From the NCBI RefSeq assembly GCF_009914755.1, contig NC_060927.1: a DNA stretch of 64,000 nt; one strand, given 5' to 3'. The position numbers were made by a program, and so were the translations under genes. Origin of the DNA: the human T2T-CHM13v2.0 reference genome, Homo sapiens. This document shows, in pieces, positions 57,831 to 64,000 of the stretch. Every line of letters starts with the position of its first letter. The stretch's first letter is position 1. The notes below the pieces were generated by a model. The model ran no database searches. It was not told the origin of the DNA and was given only the letters and a program-made list of their open reading frames with translations.

Positions 57831-60091
57831 ACAAGCTTAAAATGCATCTTTAAGGACTGATAAGCATCCCAGCCCTACTTCAGTCTGAAGTTACACATAC
57901 TGGAAGTTCATTAAAACACAAGAGACTTTAGAATGACTTCTCACTGTAGCTGTTTTGATCAGAGCAGGTGGAGGTGACTAGGATAGAAGGGAATGCAAGA
58001 AAGCAGACATAGAATGCCACATTACTCAGATCTTGCGCTCTGCTTGTGAAATTATCCAATATCAAATTTCCCAGAAGCTAAAGTCACATAACGTAGCCTC
58101 TAGAGCAAGTTAATTTTTTAATTTTAATTATTTTCTATTCTGATGTAAAATCACCATCAGGCACATTTTAAAGTAAATATATATGAAAGGAATACTGCAA
58201 AAGCTAAATAGCCCACATATGATAGAAGTAAATCTGTTTCATTTCCATAAAAAAGCATTATCTTTTTAATTAGTTGTGAAGAAAAGTAGGCATCGCAAGG
58301 CAGTTACTGTCTCTGTGGGAGTGGCTTGGGTACCTTAGTGGGAGTGCCAAAGCTATGCTATACAGTAGACAACCCCACCACACAATGCCCAGCCTCCCAC
58401 ATGTGGCAAAATGTGGTCCATTATGTACAGTTTAATTTCTGGAAATGATGCCAGGAATATTATGTTGGAATGGAATAAAAAACAATATAATTTTATGTCA
58501 AATCTCTAATCAAAACAATAATGCAATTCAATGAGATTCACTGCAGATCATTTCTTAAAGCAAATATCAGAAATTATAGTAAGTTTCAAGTAGAAATAAG
58601 CAGAAAGATGCATATATGTCCTTTTATAAAAGCTAATTTTATCTTGTTGCTCTAGCACTGCATGAAAGCAACTGCTGTTACCTTTGATTTGGAGAGTAAA
58701 TGAAAGCTAAAATATCTGCTATGTGGCCAGCTTTAATGCATAAATTTCCAGCCTTTCTGCTTTATTTCTTTTGTCCTTACAGACTATTTTTGTCAGTTTT
58801 TAAAAATTTAAGTACTTATTAAAAAGAATGCATCCTCCTATCCTTGGACACCTTAGATAGCAGCTGATTTCTATGGGTTTAGCACATTGAATAAATATTG
58901 TACAACAGTGACAGCATCAAAAATGAAGCTGGAGAAAGACACAATTTTGCTAAGAGCCAGCTGTCTCACTAGATTACCTATAAGCTATTATTTAGCCTAT
59001 TAGATAAATAATAGATACTTTCAGAAAGGAGTTCTGACTGAAGATATCATGTATTTCTTCTAGCATTTTAATTTAATTGATGCTATTTTCACAGAAAATT
59101 AGACTATCAACATACTTGTAGGCCTTGGAAGCCATATAGCCTACCTACCTCACCATTCCTTGAAGAAATTGAATCCCACAGAGGTTGGCTTGTCAAAAGT
59201 CAGACAGGTATTTGTTGGCAACACTACAGCTAGAATTCTGGTGGCCTAAGTCCTACTCTAAGACTTTCCACTCTTTCTCAAACCAAAGACATCATGTCTT
59301 TGGGAGAGGATATCATATTTTTATATTAAAACAAACATAGAACAAGGATAGAGTAAGCTTTTTCATTATATAGTTTGCAATGAGTTCTTCCTGATATGGG
59401 CTATCCTTAACCCGCCAGTGATTACATTATTACCATCGGATAAGGGAGATTTTAGCAAAATCTTTGAGAAATATTGCTTTATAGAATTGTGACCTCTTGC
59501 CAGTCTTATTTTTTCATTTCCACCTACATCAGGTGACTCATTAGGTCTCAGTTTTTACAAACAAAAAATATACATTTTCTTAATAAGCATTACCTTGTCT
59601 CAGGATTAATGCTTCTATACAATATTCATAAATAAAACAACATAGCCCAATTACTTGTGGTCTGGGGAATGTTAATTTATCCTTTTCACCCAAAGTCATT
59701 CTCTAGATTAGTTAAATAGCATCATTGAAAAATAACCATGTAGAAACAAACAGGAAAGCTTTACAGCCTATAGGCAATGAATGCAATTAAGTGACCAAAC
59801 ACTCTCATATGCTGGGGGGCTCTAAATTGGTATGACATTTTCCACAGAGAAATTTTATCCTTTATATTTAAAAATCCTAAAAGTGAACATACACGTGACT
59901 CAATATTTCACTTTCTCAGAAGTTATCTGAAGAAATGTCCACAAATATATACAAAAGTTAACCTACAAGACGGAGAATGCTTGCTTCCTAGAGCACCCAG
60001 CTTCTCATTCAGCTGGATGTTTGCATACTGTCTTCTCTGTGTTTAAAGCATAACTCCTCTCTTTTCTTGGTTATCATTAAGTTCTCTTATC

Positions 60092-60482
60092 TGTACTAGT
60101 CAGTGTAAGCAAGGTTATGCTGTGGAAACAAGCAATTCTTAATCCTCAGTGGTTTTATATAAATAAAATTGTGTTGTCCTCTTTCATAGCATCATGCATG
60201 GGGATTGCAGTCCTCAGAGATTCAGATTAACAGAGGTTTCACCGTCTTGCAGTAACATCTTCTGGAACATGTTACCTCCACAGTCACCACTGCAGGCAAA
60301 GAGAAATGAGAGCATTGTGCATTGGCTTTTTATGCCCTCAGCACAAAAATAATCCAGATCATATCCAATCTCATTTCTTTGGCCTGAGTTAGTAATGTGT
60401 ATCCACCAAACTGCTCAGAAATAGGAAGGGGAGATGCAGAATATGAAATGATTGGCAAGAACTACTCCCTATCTTTGTCACA
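60092..60482 (-). mobile_element. MLT1K/L-like LTR
   Basis: TGTACTAGTCAG...GGTTATGCTGTGGAAACAAGC...CTCAGTGG...CATTTCTTTGGCCTGAGTTAGT...TTTGTCACA. Confidence 0.7.
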
Positions 60483-61309
60483 GGTTCTTAGAATAAATGA
60501 CTACAGAAAGGTTTTTTTCTTTTTTCTGGTACATCTTAAATTGGGATATGAGTAGCTGCTATGCCTTCTTAAAACACCCTATACTTTCTGTTATGGTACT
60601 TATGATAAAATGTTTCCTTAAGCTTTCATTGTCTCTAACTCTCATATCATCATTCATGAAAGGAAGGATGTTGTCATTTAATACATTTTTAGTATCCTAT
60701 ATGAGGCTCAAGGATAGATACATAGTAAACATTCAGTATATAGTTCAATGACTAAATAAATTTTAAATAAATAAATCATTGTTAATTTTCTTAACAGTAA
60801 AATTTGCCTAAATGAATAGCAATGTAGTATTGGTTAAATAAAGTCTGGCAAAGACAAATGATAGAATACTACACATGCATTAAAATAATGCTGCTGAAAA
60901 ATATTTAATAACATAGAAACTATTTTTATTATATCAAGATAAAAATCAGTTTACCAAGTAGGAAATTCCATTTTTTTGGCAAATAAAATATGTGGCTAGA
61001 AAGATAAGCATTAAATGTTAATAATAATTATTTCTGGGTTATTGTTTTACTTTATTCTTGGCATTCTTCTGTACTTCAAATCTTTTAAGAATAACAGATA
61101 GCTCAATAAAACTTAATACTTTCTGTAAAATAACAAGTCCTATTAAATAACTAATCTATGATACTTAGTAATAGAGAAAATGGCATCTGCCTAGATCTAC
61201 CAAATTTGGCTTATTTGTATAATCTCAGAAAACAGCAATGATGTTTAACAATTTTAGATCTTAGAAAGTGATTTTATACTCTGGTTCATAGATTTCAGTT
61301 TGTAAACAT

Positions 61310-61560
61310 GAGCTGAAAGCCAGTGGTTTGGGAAAAACATCTGACATCAGTACCTGAGCAAGAGGTGATGGTTATACACCCATCCTGAACTCACACAAAT
61401 ATCTGATAAGTCACTTAATCACTCTGAGCATCCACTTCCTCCCTGTGAACAATTGCTGCCTTGTTTGTTTTGTGATTAAATGAAGCAATGCCTTGGTAAA
61501 GTCCCTTGCACAATGCTAACCATTCAATGACAGCTAGTTCTCACTATTATCGAGCTATCA
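61310..61560 (+). mobile_element. MIR SINE
   Basis: AAGTCACTTAATCACTCTGAGC...TGTGATTAAATGAAGCAATG...GTAAAG. Confidence 0.6.
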
Positions 61561-64000
61561 TTATTTAAACTGAAAAAAGTTAAACCATTAGAAACTGAAA
61601 ATTAATAAGTATGTTAAAAGACAAACTTGTAGCAGAGGAAGTACTTGGAAGTATAATGAGAAAGTAAAGATGAAGTCCTTAACAATACTTATGCTTGCAT
61701 ATGTATACACACTGATATACCAAAAACAGACAATAAATTGGAAATTGGCATGTGACACAGAGATAATTGCTAATCTCTTAATTATTACCAAAACTTAATG
61801 CAGTGAGGTTCATGTTATTTAAAAAGTAGGTGGAGAATATTGGAATCAGAGATTTCTGGAAACAAATTCAATCAATACCATTTATTCGCAGCTTATTTTC
61901 TGGAAAATCAAAGTATGTCTCTGATACTCAGTAAAAATGGAAATAAAAATTTTATAAAGGTTAAAGACAAAAAATGGAAACTGATATAAAGAAAGGAGTT
62001 AGTAATATTACTTATAACTTTTCCTTCTTTTGAAAGAAATGGAGCTATTAATACTAGCAAGGAAGAAAAAGCAAAATTGTAAAATTAAACCAGCTTGGAA
62101 GTCTCAAAGCAGGCAATTTGAGGTGAAATAAGGATGAAGACAAAATTAGACGGAAAAATAATTGATAATATTGTGAGAATAGTTCACAGATTTGGAAGCT
62201 AAATAGAACACATAATGAATGTGTTTCTATAGAACATAAAACTGACCCCAATGCAAGATGCAGTTGTGCTTGGGAATTTCAAGTCCCGAGCCATCTGCTG
62301 GGAGCTTAATATTGTTTAATGCCAAGAATCTGATAAATAGTTAATGAATTTAATACTTGACCTGATACAAATAGCCTTCCACAGTGTTGGAATGGTTGAA
62401 ATATAAGTGTGGATTTGTCAAGGGAGCTACTTAAATCAGCCTCTTCCAAACAAGGTACCAGTGTCATTTAAATGGAAAAGATGTCAATATGAATATCATT
62501 TCTCTTAATTTTCTCTTTGTTGGTGGACTTCTTAGAGAAAGGTGCATGTTAAATACACATAAATTGTGTATGTATAAAATGTAAATATAAATTTAATCAC
62601 ATTTTTATAAATAATTTTCTAATAAAGGTAGCAATGGGGAAAATATATTGGAATTATCCCTAAAATAGTCTGTCAGAAAACAAATATATAAATGACCATT
62701 TGTTCATTTATTTCATAAGAATATATTGATAATCTAGTGCAAATAATACAAAAATATCTTGTTTTCCTTTTAAAACGACCTTAAATAGATATTTTTAAGT
62801 CTGCCATAAAAATTGGCATTAATATACTTTGCTTTACTAAAAGCTAACCTTTTAGAAGATAGAGAGTACTTTTAAATAATACATCAAACTGAACAGATCA
62901 AGGAAAATTTTTATGTATCCTCAAATTTTCATCATGCTTGGGCATTGATTTTATAAGTAGGAAATATGTACAGGGTCAGAAATGGGTTCAACCAGAAAAC
63001 CTCCTTCTGATTGACAGATACGGATTTTTATTTGATTATATTAGACCTGCTCTGTGAAATCTGTACTCAAAGTGATATCCAAGATATATGAAAACACCAG
63101 GATATGTGAGTCAGTCCAGGGATCTATTTGTGACTAGATTACTGGCCTCAGTTTTGTTTGTTTGTTTTTTATTAATTGTAAATTGAGATGGCAACTTCAA
63201 ACTACTTACCAAAGACAACTTTGTATATTGACACCAAACATTTTATCTTCCTTCAGAAATTGCTGTCAACTTCAGTTCACAAAGGAAGGTCGGGAAGAAA
63301 GGAAGGAAAAGGAAAGCACACCTTGCACCTGAATCTCCCCTGAGAAAGTAATTGAAGCTTGCGTGTGCCTGTGTGTGTACACATGTGGGATGGAGGTGGA
63401 GAAAGGCTGACAGAACAATGGCTCTCAAGGTTCTCAAAAGTTTGTGTTCTCAGAATCTTTTTATTGTAAATATTTTGAGATCCTTCTACAAAGAGATTTT
63501 GTTTAAATGGGTTATATTTATGAATATTGATTATATTTGATATTTAAAGTCAAAATTTTTTATTTAAAATTGCAGTAATAAATCCATTATTAATGAATAT
63601 TAATTACATATTTTATCAAACATAATTATATTTTCCAAAAAAGGGGGAACTTTGAAAATATCTTTAGACTGCAACAGTAGAAAATAGCTAGATTATCACA
63701 CCAGCTTCTGCATTCAATATAGTGCTACATTTGTTTTGGTTTAAATATATTAAGAAATTCTGTTTCAAAAGACAAAATTAAAAAAGGGAGGGCTGTTTTA
63801 ATAGCCTTTACAGGTAATTGTGGATATTATGTTTTGATAGTATATGAAAAGTTGATAAGCAGTAACTTCATAAAGTTACTTGCAATGTAGAATCTGCATT
63901 GATGACATATTCTGTTATATTAAGATCTATTGATCTGTCTTGAATTTGGATGAATTTTTTACCCATTTGTGATTTTGTAGCATATCCATTCTTTATTTGG

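Overview
This window is AT-rich, repeat-dominated primate genomic DNA (AluY, L1PA3/4, THE1 and MADE1 are present, so catarrhine and probably human or ape). It looks intergenic or deep intronic. I find no intact protein-coding gene, RNA gene or CRISPR array. The ORF track is explained by LINE-1 ORF1/ORF2 debris, Alu/LTR reading frames, chance ORFs and one RPL21 processed pseudogene. I do not see a novel biological system. The interesting content is insertion archaeology. (1) At 23.4-31.9 kb an old L1 carries a THE1 LTR and an RPL21 retrocopy, and the retrocopy is itself split at its stop codon by a 5'-inverted L1PA3. (2) At 36.4-39.9 kb a second nest sits in an MLT2 LTR and includes another 5'-inverted L1. 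(3) An old Alu at 41.1 kb is flanked by a ~240-bp direct duplication. (4) Several near-perfect hairpins overwrite repeat consensus sequence, which suggests template-switch mutations. Repeat subfamily names come from remembered consensus sequences and need RepeatMasker/Dfam confirmation. Boundaries of old repeats are approximate.
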